A DNA stretch of 60,000 nucleotides. Origin: Laetmonice hystrix (taxonomy: Eukaryota). The notes beneath the pieces were generated by a model. It was not told the origin of the DNA, searched no databases, and saw only the letters and a list, made by a program, of their open reading frames with translations. Shown here in pieces: positions 38,132 to 51,378 of the stretch (position 1 is the stretch's first letter; each line of letters opens with the position of its first letter). Both the position numbers and the translations under genes were made by a program. The DNA lies in the NCBI GenBank assembly GCA_965235115.1, contig OZ249436.1, forward strand, positions 2,978,001 to 3,038,000. The letters run 5' to 3'.

Positions 38132-38249
38132 TGTAGCAGTCGCACCCGGTGATTCAGTGGATAACAGATGTGTTAGCCATCAAGTGCTCTCCACCCATTC
38201 GTTTTTTGAAGCCGCCACTGATAAGTGTTTTTATCAAGGTAGTAACCTA

Positions 38250-39342
38250 GATAGACGCGGAACCCACCAGGTAGCTGGTCCAGAGTGTTCCTGACTCCTG
38301 ACTCAGTGATAGACGCCGGACCCACCAGGTAGCTGGTCCAGAGTGTTCCTGACTCCTGACTCAGTGATAGACGTCGGACCCACCAGGTAGCTGGTCCAGA
38401 GTGTTCCTGACTCCTGACTCAGTGATAGACGCCGGACCCACCAGGTAGCTGGTCCAGAGTGTTCCTGACTCCTGACTCAGGGATAGATGCCGGACCCACC
38501 AGGTAGCTGGTCCAGAGTGTTCCCAACTCCTGACTCAGGGATAGACGCCGGACCCACCAGGTAGCTGGTCCAGGGTGTTCCTGACTCCTGACTCAGTGAT
38601 AGACGCCGGACCCACCAGGTAGCTGGTCCAGGGTGTTCCCAACTCCTGACTCAGTGATAGACGCCGGACCCACCAGGTAGCTGGTCCAGAGTGTTCCCAA
38701 CTCCTGACTCAGGGATAGACGTCGGACCCACCAGGTAGCTGGTCCAGAGTGTTCCCAACTCCTGACTCAGGGATAGACGCCGGACCCACCAGGTAGCTGG
38801 TCCGGGGTGTTCCCAACTCCTGACTCAGTGATAGACGTCGAACCCACCAGGTAGCTGGTCCAGAGTGTTCCCAACTCCTGACTCAGGGATAGACGCCGGA
38901 CCCACCAGGTAGCTGGTCCAGGGTGTTCCTGACTCAGTGATAGACGCCGGACCCACCAGGTAGCTGGTCCAGGGTGTTCCTAACTCCTGACTCAGTGATA
39001 GACGCGGGACCCACCAGGTAGCTGGTCCAGAGTGTTCCCAACTCCTGACTCGGTGATAGACGCCGGACCCACCAGGTAGCTGGTCCAGAGTGTTCCCAAC
39101 TCCTGACTCAGTGATAGACGCCGGACCCTGTAGCTGGTCCAGAGTGTTCCCAACTCCTGACTCGGTGATAGACGCCGGACCCACCAGGTAGCTGGTCCAG
39201 AGTGTTCCCAACTCCTGACTCAGTGATAGACGCCGGACCCACCAGGTAGCTAGCTGGTCCAGAGTGTTCCCAACTCCTGACTCAGTGATAGATGCCGAAC
39301 CCTGTAGCTGGTCCAGAGTGTTCCCAACTCCTGACTCAGTGA
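38250..39342. repeat. Minisatellite, 58-bp unit, ~19 copies (intron 2)
   Basis: Unit GATAGACGCCGGACCCACCAGGTAGCTGGTCCAGAGTGTTCCCAACTCCTGACTCAGT. Confidence 0.95.
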
Positions 39343-40724
39343 CTGCATACCACAAGGCACTCAGTCTAGTCCCCGCCACGTGTCCGCAGGTTGGAGGGGG
39401 GGGGGGTCCGAATTATGGATGACGTCTGCATTGACCTGTAAAGCAAAGGCAGGGTGGGGGAGGGGCTGGGGTCACCTTGTAAAGATAACGAGTTGGTTTT
39501 TTAACTTTTGAAACATTTCCTTTAAAATACGAGATTACATCCCAAATCTAAGATCCCGCAATTTTCAGGGGATCCTTGAGTGTCCTTAGTTATCGTGACG
39601 TCTCCCATATGGTCGCAAAAATCACGACCAGGAACGCGGAAAACGTGTGACCTTTAGTATCTGAGACATCAGGAAAGAAAATACAGGTCTTAAAAAGTAC
39701 TTTTAATACCAGTAAATAATATCAGAGAAAAATGTGCTGACAGATTGAGGTTGATAGAATCAGAATCCTCTAGCGTTCTGACATGTCCGTGGTTGTAGTG
39801 TAGTATTGACAGAGATATCCTCGACCAGCTACTTGACTCACCTGACCAGTCTAAACATGACGGCCCACACTTGACATGTCCACCAGGCCTAGAACTCTGT
39901 ATACAACATACCACGGGTGCCTAGATACAAACCTTGTGTTGACAGTCAAGATAAGGAGTTTATCACAGGTATATTGGTCAATACCTGATACCAATCAGCC
40001 ATGGACAACAAGTAGAACAGCTTCCGCTTGGGCATTGTGCTGAAGTTTGACAGTTTGTTAAAAAGAGGAGCAGAGATTTGGTGAGACTGAATGAAATGAT
40101 AAGATCTTATGTTAATCGACCGATCATGTATTGTTAATCAGGTGGTGGGTGTTACGTGACGCGAGTGTCATCAGTGTCAGAGGGATTATAGATTAAGGGT
40201 TAGTGGGTGGGCGGGGGGGGCGGGGGGGGGGGCGGGGGGGGGGGAGGACACTGTAAACACCCACCTCACATTGACTCCGACCGAAGGAGAGAAACAATGC
40301 CTGGCCAGGTATCAGAGTGTCTTTACTATAGTACCCTTCGTGGTCGAAAGATAACGACGCCCCTACTCGTGGGTGGGTCAGGTCCCACACAATGATGTAG
40401 TCATGTGACTCAGTGTCATGGATGTCCCAGACAACTATACAAACCTGTGGAACTGACCCAGTGGGACCCAGAGGCTGGTTTAACCTTGGGCACACTGGAG
40501 CCATTCACAGAAAAGCTAGTGAATAAAATAGTCAGCAGTACTTTATAAAGCTAGGGAGATGCGAATCCTTCCTTTATAAATTCCAATTTGTATATTTTTA
40601 GCATTTCATATTCAGTACTTGTCCATCAGTGTTAGCCCAGTGTAATTGTTATTGTCCAATGGTAGACCTACCCCTGTAATTTTCCACCCTGTTATGAAAT
40701 GTTTTATTTTTCCGTGTACTCCAG

Positions 40725-41141
40725 GTAGCGGGTATTTTATCGTAACCCCGGATACGTACAAACGAGGCTGCCTACTCCATGACCATGTCCACCCAGCCGT
40801 CCTGCTCGGGGAGGGAAACCGTGGACATCTTCCTACAATCTACATCCCTCTCCTCACTCCTGGTGCCACCGAGATGAGATCAATCTCCTGTCAAACCGAG
40901 GAGAAGGAGAAGGACACGGAGAAAGAGAACAAACCCAAGGTGGAGGAGAAAGAGAAGGAGAAGAGAAAGTCGCGACTTGAGCGGAGCCAGTCGATGAAGA
41001 GTGGGAAAGGAAAGGAGAAGAAAGAGAAGAGCGACAGTTTGAATCGAACAGCGTCTTTACGTTACAGTGAGGAGAAGGCTAAAGGTCTCGTCAAGGACAT
41101 CAACCTCAAAACTAGTGACGTTCATCAGGACAAGGACAAAG
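40725..41141 (+). CDS. STOX1/2: Storkhead-box protein, coding exon 3 (end of winged helix plus K/E-rich region); gene continues downstream
   Basis: Polypyrimidine tract and CCAG| acceptor at 40724, phase 1. Begins SGYFIVTPDTY, matching STOX GYFIVTPQTY, then a charged region (EEKEKDTEKENKPKVEEKEKEKRKSR). Ends at AAAG|GTAAAC (41141/41142), phase 1. No stop codon in the spliced frame. Confidence 0.88.
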
Positions 41142-41336
41142 GTAAACACATTTCTCTTTTTTCTTTCCTTCTTCATGTGAGCTAACCTTTTCCTTTTCGA
41201 CGAATAATGTACACATTATGTAAAAATAAGGCGAGGCATACAACAAGAAGTGTAGCAGTGTTTGACAGAGGCCCTTGTTACAGCTCACAGGACGTCTGCA
41301 ATATGACGTACGCTGGCCGTCCAGTCAGAGAAACGG

Positions 41337-41570
41337 TCACCGTCAGCTGACCGTCAGTTGACCGTCAGCTGACCGTCAGTTGACCGTCAGTTGACCGCTC
41401 TGACCGTCAGTTGACAGTCAGTTGACCGCTCTGACCGTCAGTTGACCTTCAGCTGACCGTAAACTGACCGTCAGTTGACCGCTCTGACCGTTAGCTGACC
41501 GTCAGTTGACCGTCAGCTGACCGTCAGTTGACCGTCAGCTGACCGTCAGTTGACCGTCAGCTGACCGCTC
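41337..41570. repeat. 11-bp tandem repeat, ~20 copies
   Basis: Unit TGACCGTCAG(T/C) with occasional TGACCGCTC units. Confidence 0.92.
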
Positions 41571-42024
41571 TATTTCACTGTTGACTGTTACACTTACAGT
41601 AGACGTCACACCCCTCTGTTGCATCACACAGACGTCTCCACTAATGGTGGCACATTACCCAGTCACAGGTGACAATGGTACTGCTCTAGGCACTTAAGAA
41701 ACTAGCATTGCTGAAGTGTTTCCAGTTAAGAAATGCATCGCTTTGTTCTTTTGTGCTATGCTGCCATGAAAGGAGGCTTATTTAAGATGCATTATTACTT
41801 GACTATGATTTTTTATAGAACAAATTGTTCTTTCTTGAAAGGAATTTAGGCGATGAAATCAGCAAAAGTGACGACAGGATCTTTCTACTTTCTCACTTTT
41901 ATTGTAGCTGCACCCAATATTTTAATATTTTAATAATCAATATTTCTTCAAACTAATACATTTATTTTATTTACTTCAAAGTTAATAATAATTTTAGCAG
42001 TGGGGATAGCTGTGCGGTCTTTGT

Positions 42025-42406
42025 GACGTGTATACTAGGAGAAGCTCGCAGAGCCGAGCTGAGCGTCATGCCATTGGTCAGTTCGACGTGTATTTTATAC
42101 TAGGAGGAGCTCGCACAGCCGAGCTGAGCGTCATGCCATTGGTCAGTTCGACGTGTATTTTATACTGGGAGAAGCTCGCAGAGCCGAGCTGAGCGTCAGG
42201 CCATTGGTCAGTTCGACGTGTATTTTATACTAGGAGGAGCTCGCACAGCCGAGCTGAGCGTCATGCCATTGGTCAGTTCGACGTGTATTTTATACTGGGA
42301 GAAGCTCGCAGAGCCGAGCTGAGCGTCATGCCATTGGTCAGTTCGACGTGTATTTTATATTAGGAGAAGCTCGCAGAGCCGAGCTGAGCGTCATGCTATT
42401 GGTCAG
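42025..42406. repeat. Minisatellite, 65-bp unit, ~6 copies, alternating variants
   Basis: Unit GACGTGTATTTTATACT...GAGCCGAGCTGAGCGTCATGCCATTGGTCAGTTC. Confidence 0.93.
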
Positions 42407-43014
42407 TCCTCACCGTCCAATAAAACCCGATGTTATCAGTAAACCGGCCCGTCATCACCCATCTCGTCAGGAACGATTTATACGCAATGTTTAACGTGCC
42501 GGGTTGTTTGTCCCTTTGATGTTCGCTGTCGGCGGTATCACACAGACTAAAGCCATACCTATCGTTGCCACTCAGCAAGTTTGCTCAGGGCCAATCTCAG
42601 CAGCCCAAAATGTCCGTTGGTGATTGATCAACAAAAGAGCTGTGGTTCCGCAAGGTCACAGACCTGGCTGAGGAAGGGGCGGGCGCTACTCATTATGTTT
42701 CACTGGTGATGGACAAATAAATCTTAAAAGGGTATTTACAACTTGCTATCATTCTTTATCAGGAGTCTTCTCAAAGCCCATTAGATTTTCTTACGTGGCC
42801 GTGTCCGTTGCCTGCAGGCGGAGTCTGCCTTCTGTCAGACCTCAGGTTGTACGGTTGGCCTACCACAGTCACCACGTCCCGAGGAGAGAATGGAGAGAGT
42901 GTGTGAGAGAGAGGTGTAGAGAGAATGGCAGTGCTCGCCACCCACCGTCTGGTGTTTGACCTACCGTATACCGGTTAGCTGTACATATTGTAGGCCGTTC
43001 CATTGTTTACGGTA

Positions 43015-44372
43015 CCTAATGGGGGCTGGCTGAGGTTTTATATACAACCTACCCACCTTACCTGGTAGTGCACTGGGTGTGCCCTAATGGGGGCTGGCTG
43101 AGGTTTTATATACAACCTACCCACCTTACCTGGTAGTGCACTGGGTGTGCCCTAATGGGGGCTGGCTGAGGTTTTATATACAACCTACCCACCTTACCTG
43201 GCAGTGCACTGGGTGTGCCCTAATGGGGGCTGGCTGAGGTTTTATATACAACCTACCCACCTTACCTGGCAGTGCACTGGGTGTGCCCTAATGGGGGCTG
43301 GCTGAGGTTTTATATACAACCTACCCACCTTACCTGGTAGTGCACTGGGTGTGCCCTTATGGGGGCTGGCTGAGGTTTTATATACAACCTACCCACCTTA
43401 CCTGGTAGTGCACTGGGTGTGCCCTAATGGGGGCTGGCTGAGGTTTTATATACAACCTACCCACCTTACCTGGTAGTGCACTGGGTGTGCCCTAATGGGG
43501 GCTGGCTGGGGTTTTATATACAACCTACCCACCTTACCTGGTAGTGCACTGGGTGTGCCCTAATGGGGGCCGGCTGAGGTTTTATATACAACCTACCCAC
43601 CTTACCTGGTAGTGCACTGGGTGTGCCCTAATGGGGGCCGGCTGAGGTTTTATATACAACCTACCCACCTTACCTGGTAGTGCACTGGGTGTGCCCTAAT
43701 GGGGGCCGGCTGAGGTTTTATATACAACCTACCCACCTTACCTGGCAGTGCACTGGGTGTGCCCTAATGGGGGCCGGCTGAGGTTTTATATACAACCTAC
43801 CCACCTTACCTGGCAGTGCACTGGGTGTGCCCTAATGGGGGCTGGCTGAGGTTTTATATACAACCTACCCACCTTACCTGGCAGTGCACTGGGTGTGCCC
43901 TAATGGGGGCTGGCTGAGGTTTTATATACAACCTACCCACCTTACCTGGCAGTGCACTGGGTGTGCCCTAATGGGGGCTGGCTGAGGTTTTATATACAAC
44001 CTACCCACCTTACCTGGCAGTGCACTGGGTGTGCCCTAATGGGGACTGGCTGAGGTTTTATATACAACCTACCCACCTTACCTGGCAGTGCACTGGGTGT
44101 GCCCTAATGGGGACTGGCTGAGGTTTTATATACAACCTACCCACCTTACCTGGCAGTGCACTGGGTGTGCCCTAATGGGGACTGGCTGAGGTTTTATATA
44201 CAACCTACCCACCTTACGTGGTAGTGCACTGGGTGTGCCCTAATGGGGACTGGCTGAGGTTTTATATACAACCTACCCACCTTACGTGGTAGTGCACTGG
44301 GTGTGCCCTTATGGGGGCTGGCTGAGGTTTTATATACAACCTACCCACCTTACCTGGCAGTGCACTGGGTGT
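43015..44372. repeat. Minisatellite, 68-bp unit, ~20 copies
   Basis: Unit CCTAATGGGGGCTGGCTGAGGTTTTATATACAACCTACCCACCTTACCTGGTAGTGCACTGGGTGTGC. Confidence 0.97.
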
Positions 44373-45519
44373 GAACGTCTCTATTCATGACACAACCAGA
44401 GGGCAACATGATTGTGTGTCCCCTCAAACAGAAATAAATTGATAGAGGGGTCGCTATTTTAGCCAAAAAACGTATTTTTTTTTGGGGGGGGGGGGGGGTT
44501 ATGTCTCGGGTTAAAGTTAGTGCAGACAAATCACGGTGTAGGAGTTTTACGGTATTAGTTGTAAGTAATTGAATCTGCCATGTTGAATGAAGAATTGCCG
44601 TGAATGAAGAGTGGAGATAGCGATGGGATATCGATACCGAGAGAGAAGGAGGAGATGAGTTGGGGGTGTCTTCAAGCTGATTAAGTTTCCCCCCATGACA
44701 GTTGGCTGTCAGGGAGAACGGGAAGTTTCCAAGCCAGGTGATCCCCCCCCCCGTCCGTGCCAGTCTAGGTTCGTCCTCTCCCTGCTCTGGTAGACATCCT
44801 AACCTGCTAGTCGGTCCTGAGATTTCAGGGGAACCGCCCAAGTTTTTATTGAAATCAGAAAACGCCTTCCCCTTACATAACTTAGGGAGTCGCCGATTAC
44901 AGAGTTGTCGAGGTATGTCAGCACTACTCGCACTTTTTGATGCGTGCCGGGTTCACACTCAGTCAGTGTTAACCTCCAAACTCCGAGATCTTCATCGGCT
45001 GTGTAGGTATTTCTGAGGGTAGAGCTACTTTAAGGCATCAACCTCGCTATAAAACCTATGGTGTAGAGTAAAGGTATATTGTTGGATAATTGCCCTGTCG
45101 GGAACGATCAGGCCAGAGTGAATGTATGCCGGATCTTCATTTTACACCTCACTGGTAGTCTTGCGCCCCCCCCCCCCTCCGCCCGCCCCCCCCCCCCAAA
45201 AAAAAAAATAAAATGGTAAAGTGTAAGTTTTTACGCGCCTAAATACCATAGGGTTTTATGAGTAGCTCAGCTCTGGCATTTTACCCGTAATACGAGAGTA
45301 TGAGAGAGGGTTAGAACTAGGTAGTTGAAGATTTTCCGGGTTAATGTATATTCTAAGGCTGTCAGTCAGCCTACGTCTCTCCTCAGCTGGGACTACTCCA
45401 GTTCGATACGGTTACATGGGCATTCCCTCGTCAACCTGTCTGATCAGATCTTATCAAGGTTTTTTTTACCCAGTGCACTTAGCCTCAGAGTGTTTTCTAC
45501 AGCTGTAGCGTACCTGCAC

Positions 45520-45934
45520 TGGTTGAAATAGGACAGGGAGACACTAGAACGATGGTCGCTGGGATGGTTGAAATAGGACAGGGAGACACTAGAACGATGG
45601 GTCGCTGGGATGGTTGAAATAGGACAGGGAGACATTAGAATGATGGGTCGCTGGGATGGTTGAAATAGGACAGGGAAACATTAGAACGATGGGTCGCTGG
45701 GATGGTTGAAATAGGACAGGGAAACACTAGAATGATGGGTCGCTGGGATGGTTGAAATAGGACAGGGAGACACTAGAATGATGGGTCGCTGGGATGGTTG
45801 AAATAGGACAGGGAGACACTAGAATGATGGGTCGCTGGGATGGTTGAAATAGGACAGGGAAACATTAGAATGATGGGTCGCTGGGATGGTTGAAATAGGA
45901 CAGGGAAACATTAGAATGATGGGTCGCTGGGATG
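45520..45934. repeat. Minisatellite, 46-bp unit, ~9 copies
   Basis: Unit GGTTGAAATAGGACAGGGAGACACTAGAAYGATGGGTCGCTGGGAT. Confidence 0.95.
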
Positions 45935-48900
45935 GACTTCCTGAGTCATGTTTATCTGGCTGAGTGTTAACGAAGATTTACTTTAAGAAGGCTGACATTC
46001 AGAAGGTGGATTCATTTAGGTGATACATTTATAATAAGATTCTCGCTGGTACTACGGGCAATATCTTTGTGTCCTTTAGGAGACACATAGATTGGTTGGT
46101 GTAATCTTAGCAAAGTATGGCTGGAGGCAATGACTAGTAGTGAAACTCTAAAGATAATAGATGTAATCTTTAGCAGGGGAAGTAGGAAATAATCTAAAAA
46201 GTAGCTTTTCACAGCTCAGGTACCTGGGAAATTTGATTGGCTACACTTATGATCTGTATTTCATAATGTCAGAAGATTTTAAAGAGAAGTACAAGTTAAT
46301 GTTATACCAGAGGCTCATTGAGTACAGAGGGGAAGCACCAGAATCACATACATTCAGATTTACTGACCGACTAAAGACGGTTTAGTGACAGCTGAGATTG
46401 TAAAGGGTTACACAAGGTTACGGGTGACTTGAAACTTTATATAGAAATGTTTAGATAGTTGAGAGAGTTTCGCGGGTATTTAGATGTTTTCTGTAAAACC
46501 ACAGATGCCGACTTAAAGCTACCGTCTCATGACTCCGTTATGACGTACTTACAGTAACTCAGATATTTAAAATAGCTGAAGGTGAAACTTGTCCCAGTAT
46601 GCCAGTATGAGGAGTCAGTCAGTCAGTCAGTCAGTGTAGCATGAGTTTTATATAATACCTGTAATTAGGTTAGGTCATTGTTGTAAAACATACATAATCA
46701 CCTCTCAGGTAAACCTGTCGGGTGAAAAAACAACTATTGTGTTGTAAATTTAGGTGCGACTCTGCAAAGTTTACTAGAAGTTTGAGTGGGTTCAGCTTGG
46801 GATGATATGTGGGTAGGTTTACTAGAAGGTTGAGTGGGTTCATCCAGTTTGGCCTGATATGTGAGTACGTTTACAATGTCCATGAGAGGTGGATCAGGTA
46901 GGTCGTAGATCTAGGATTAGGTTTCAAGTTCATCTTTCTGAGAGGTAGTAAATGCCTGTAATATTCTGACTGAGGGACCGGGAAGATTACCCGACCTCTG
47001 AGACCACCAAACTGTCTGCTGATAACATCTGGAGGGACTGAATCCCATTAGATGAGCCAGGAAACTGATGTCGTTAATTATATTCCTGGGTTGATAACAA
47101 TCAGACAATTAAAGGTGCTATCAGAAGTTTCCGAGTGATGAAGGGCTCCACCTCACGATAAACCCGCCAGGACGGCAGGGTAATCTCATCATTAGCTCCA
47201 CCGTCCTTGTCGAGTGTGGCGATCTCTTTGAGATTCAGCAACAATTCCGGAGATTTATGACATAAAAACATGATGGATACCGACTGTAATGAGGGTTATT
47301 GTTCAGTTCTGATAATAAACCTCCAAATAATCAGACTGGGAGTTCGGAGATAACGTAATGTCTGATGAGAGGCTGAAGGAGACGAAACTCTAAGGCGGGT
47401 CTGTAGGTTGAAACTGGTATCAAGAAAATACTATATTACACTGTAAAATACACACTCGAGTATGTAAAAAATAAACACAGTAAAATAATAAATATTTCTC
47501 CGTTAAGTTATGAGGTACAGGTAATAAGCGTATCGTGTTGAATGTCTTTATAAATTTTGTAGACGCACACAAGTATTTTGTAGAGTTTTCTGATTTAGCA
47601 GACGTGGCAGGTAGTGGACAAGTGTTTGGTAGCGGTAGAGTTTTCTGATTTAGCAGACGTGGCAGGTAGTGGACTGGGTGATACGATCACACGTCTGACT
47701 GCCGCTATACCACCTTGGTGTACTGTGATATCAGTCCCAGACAGACCACTGCAGACAGACTATTGGGTCAGAAACAATAGCTACAAACAACAGTTGGATT
47801 CAGGCATATTTACCGAATGTTTCATGTGTGTTCATACCAGAGAAGCTTACACGGAGGTTCCCCTGATTCTGTAAACTTTGTTCACGTTTCTGGAACTGTT
47901 TATTACACAGTATCGGATTTTTGATCACCTTTTCCTGTTCTTTGTATTTGTTTGACCTTTTTCCGTACCCAGGAAGGAAGAACATGAAATTGAAGAGACT
48001 TTCCCCATGGCATTCCTAACCCGGCCGAGAAACCCTGAAGTTATTTCTGATAATCTGGTTTAATATCCTCACAATGTCGTGAATTCGGAAGTTTTCGACC
48101 ACTGAGTTTTATTTGAGAGATATGATTCAACCATGGCGTTGTCGCCCTCTTGAAAAGGCATTAATTCGGCAGAGGCTGAGCGCTGGTAGCCCCACCTAGC
48201 GGTGCATGGGGACGATTTGACGCGATGATTTGTGGGAAGCGCCCTGACCGGTGTGAAATGACAGCGACTCAGCCTCAGGCCCAGAAAACCGGCACCCAAA
48301 CCGCTCTCTCCTCACAAACTTGGCATCGGTTCAATTTAAAAAAGACGTGTGTACTATACTCTGTGATGATTCATGCCAGTTCCTTGTCAAATATCTTGTT
48401 CTACATTCTTTTTTTATATATGTTTGCGTTTATTTTGACTGTAAATATTTTTTCTTTATGTACGGCGCTGTGACGTGACATTTGACAAACATAAATGACA
48501 AAGACAGCGTTGACGTGACGCTCTGTCCCGAGTATGGCAGGCGTTCATCCCTCGACATTTAAATACCTGAGATGTTCAGGTTCAGTGCTTCAGCAATTTA
48601 TTACATTTAACAACTTTTTAATATGAATAGTTAGGCGGGAATAGATTGGACTTGAAATGCCTAGTAGTCATTGAACTGTACCTTGATAGTTGGACAAAAA
48701 CTAACTAGGACTTTGAGAGTTGTCATACCGCTACTGTACAGGAATATGGCTGGCCAAACCAGAGAGTTTGCAACTAATACAGGATCACAATTTCTGTAAA
48801 CGCTCTCACCAGTTGACCGAGTATTTAAATGGAAAGTGAATTCAAAAGGTCACAGGTAATAATGACCTCAGGTGTTTTACACGGAGGAGGTTTCCATGGA

Positions 48901-49682
48901 GATGACCTTTATGACCCCAGGGTAGAATAAGTTGCCCTCAGGAAGTGTCACAGGTAACAAATGACAATACAGAGAGAGAGTAGTAACGTTCTGAAAGGAG
49001 TTCACAACCGCAGGGGTTTGCCCAGAAGGAAATGCTCTCAGGCCATCCTGTTCGAAAACCATGGCTTCAGAGGTTGTAGCTCGTAGCATTTGATTGTGAG
49101 TAAACCCATGAGCTGAGCTGAACCTTTCATGTCGAGCAGCTGGTCACGGTTGTCAGTTAAAAGACAGAGTGATGCTTTGTTTGTTGATACACATATTGTT
49201 AGTCGTGTAGAGTTCCGAGTGTAGCATGACGAGAATGATAACTTGTAGTTAGATCATGTGAACTGGTGCGACCTGTACGATATCGTAATTCTCTACAAGA
49301 TTCAAGGTGGAGTACGTCTTTTATCATGTTGATGTTATTATAATTGGATAATCGTCATACCGGGCTGATCCAACAGGTGTGCGGGTGACCTATTTATGGT
49401 CAGATAATTGTCGATCCTGGGTCCTGATTTAGTGGATTTACATGTGGATTATTGCGAGGAGCTCAATGATGGGACAATCTTGTGGATTAATGTGTGGGGA
49501 TGCGGGATCGGAACTACTTTGACATTGATAACAAACCTGTAAACAGCCCATGAGGTTGCCAGGCAATTACACGGCCTTCAGTCGGCAGATGATAAAACAC
49601 AGTAGTTTACAACTTACACTCCTGTGAGAAACTACTTGATTGTGCTAAATCTGCGCTGCTCGGCTCGTACTCGACCCACGTC

Positions 49683-50974
49683 TCTGTATCCATGGAGACG
49701 GCCGCGACGACCATGACTTTACCCATGGAGACGGTCGCTCGTCCCATGACTCGGTATCCATGGCGACGGTCGCTCGGACCATGACTCGGTATCCATGGAG
49801 ACGGTCGCTCGTCCCATGACTCGGTATCCATGGAGACCGTCGCTCGGACCATGACTCGGTATCCATGGCGACGGTCGCTCGTCCCACGACTCTGTATCCA
49901 TGGAGACGGTCACTCGTCCCACGACTCGGTATCCATGGAGACGGTCGCTCGTCCCATGACTCGGTATCCATGGAGACGGTCACTCGTCCCATGACTCGGT
50001 ATCCATGGAGACGGTCGCTCGTCCCATGACTCGGTATCCATGGAGACGGTCACTCGTCCCACGACTCGGTATCCATGGAGACGGTCGCTCGTCCCATGAC
50101 TCGGTATCCATGGAGACGGTCGCTCGTCCCACGACTCTGTATCCATGGAGACGGTCGCTCGTCCCATCACTCGGTAGCCATGGAGACGGTCGCTCGTCCC
50201 ATCACTCGTTATCCATGGAGACGGTCGCTCGTCCCATCACTCGTTATCCAGCGAGACAGCCGACGACTCGGTATCCATGGAGACGGTCGCTCGTCCCATG
50301 ACTCGGTATCCATGGAGACCGTCGCTCGGACCATGACTCGGTATCCATGGCGACGGTCGCTCGTCCCACGACTCTGTATCCATGGCGACGGTCGCTCGGA
50401 TCATGACTCGGTATCCATGGAGACGGTCGCTTGTCCCATGACTCGGTATCCATGGAGACGGTCGCTTGTCCCATGACTCGGTATCCATGGCGACGGTCGC
50501 TCGACCCACGACTCTGTATCCATGGAGACGGTCGCTCGACCCACGACTCTGTATCCATGGCGACGGTCGCTCGTCCCATGACTCGGTATCCATGGAGACG
50601 GTCGCTATGACCATGACTCGGTATCCATGGCGACGGTCGCTCGACCCACGACTCTGTATCCATGGAGACGGTCGCTCGACCCACGACTCTGTATCCATGG
50701 CGACGGTCGCTCGTCCCATGACTCGGTATCCATGGAGACGGTCGCTATGACCATGACTCTGTATCCATGGCGACGGTCGCTCGTCCCACGACTCTGTATC
50801 CAGCGAGACAGCCGCGACGACTCGGTATCCATGGAGACAGTCGCGACGACTCGGTATCCATGGAGACAGTCGCGACGATCGGTATCCATGGAGACAGTCG
50901 CGACGACTCGGTATCCATGGAGACAGTCGCGACGATCGGTATCCATGGAGACAGTCGCGACGACTCGGTATCCA
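49683..50974. repeat. Minisatellite, 35-bp unit (shorter variants at the 3' end), ~37 copies
   Basis: Unit GTATCCATGGAGACGGTCGCTCGTCCCATGACTCG. Confidence 0.96.
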
Positions 50975-51378
50975 AGGAGAGTGTTGTTTGGAGCAGGAGT
51001 GGTGTCTTGTAGAATGAAGAAAATGTCAGAAGTGTTATGACTGCAGACTGAAGGGAATCTCCCGTCAACGTACACACCTGGAGGGCATCCCTCCAGTCTA
51101 TCCTCCAGGCGGTCGTATCTCCAGGCCTCCAGTCAGTGCACATGGTGAGCCCAGCTGGGGTAACATGTCTAGGGTGCCTTACCTACCAGAGAAACAGTTT
51201 TTACCGCCAGCTATGTCTTAGTTTACCTGCCCGTAAAAACACTTAGCTCGCAGTCTGGGAGACTGGTTGACACTTGCTTCGATTTGTTTGTTTTTGTTAC
51301 TGGCAAACTAAAAGGCTACTGTACTCGGCTTTTTATGTTACGTTGAATTATTATCTTCACAAAGCCTTGCATCTAACA

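Noticed and set aside
45020..45270. Short inverted repeats (ATAAAACCTATGGT / ACCATAGGGTTTTAT) suggesting an old MITE
   Set aside because: Interrupted match and no TSD; too weak to call.
47355..47410. Second CTGATGA...GAAA...GTC hammerhead-like pattern
   Set aside because: Stems I and II cannot be formed.
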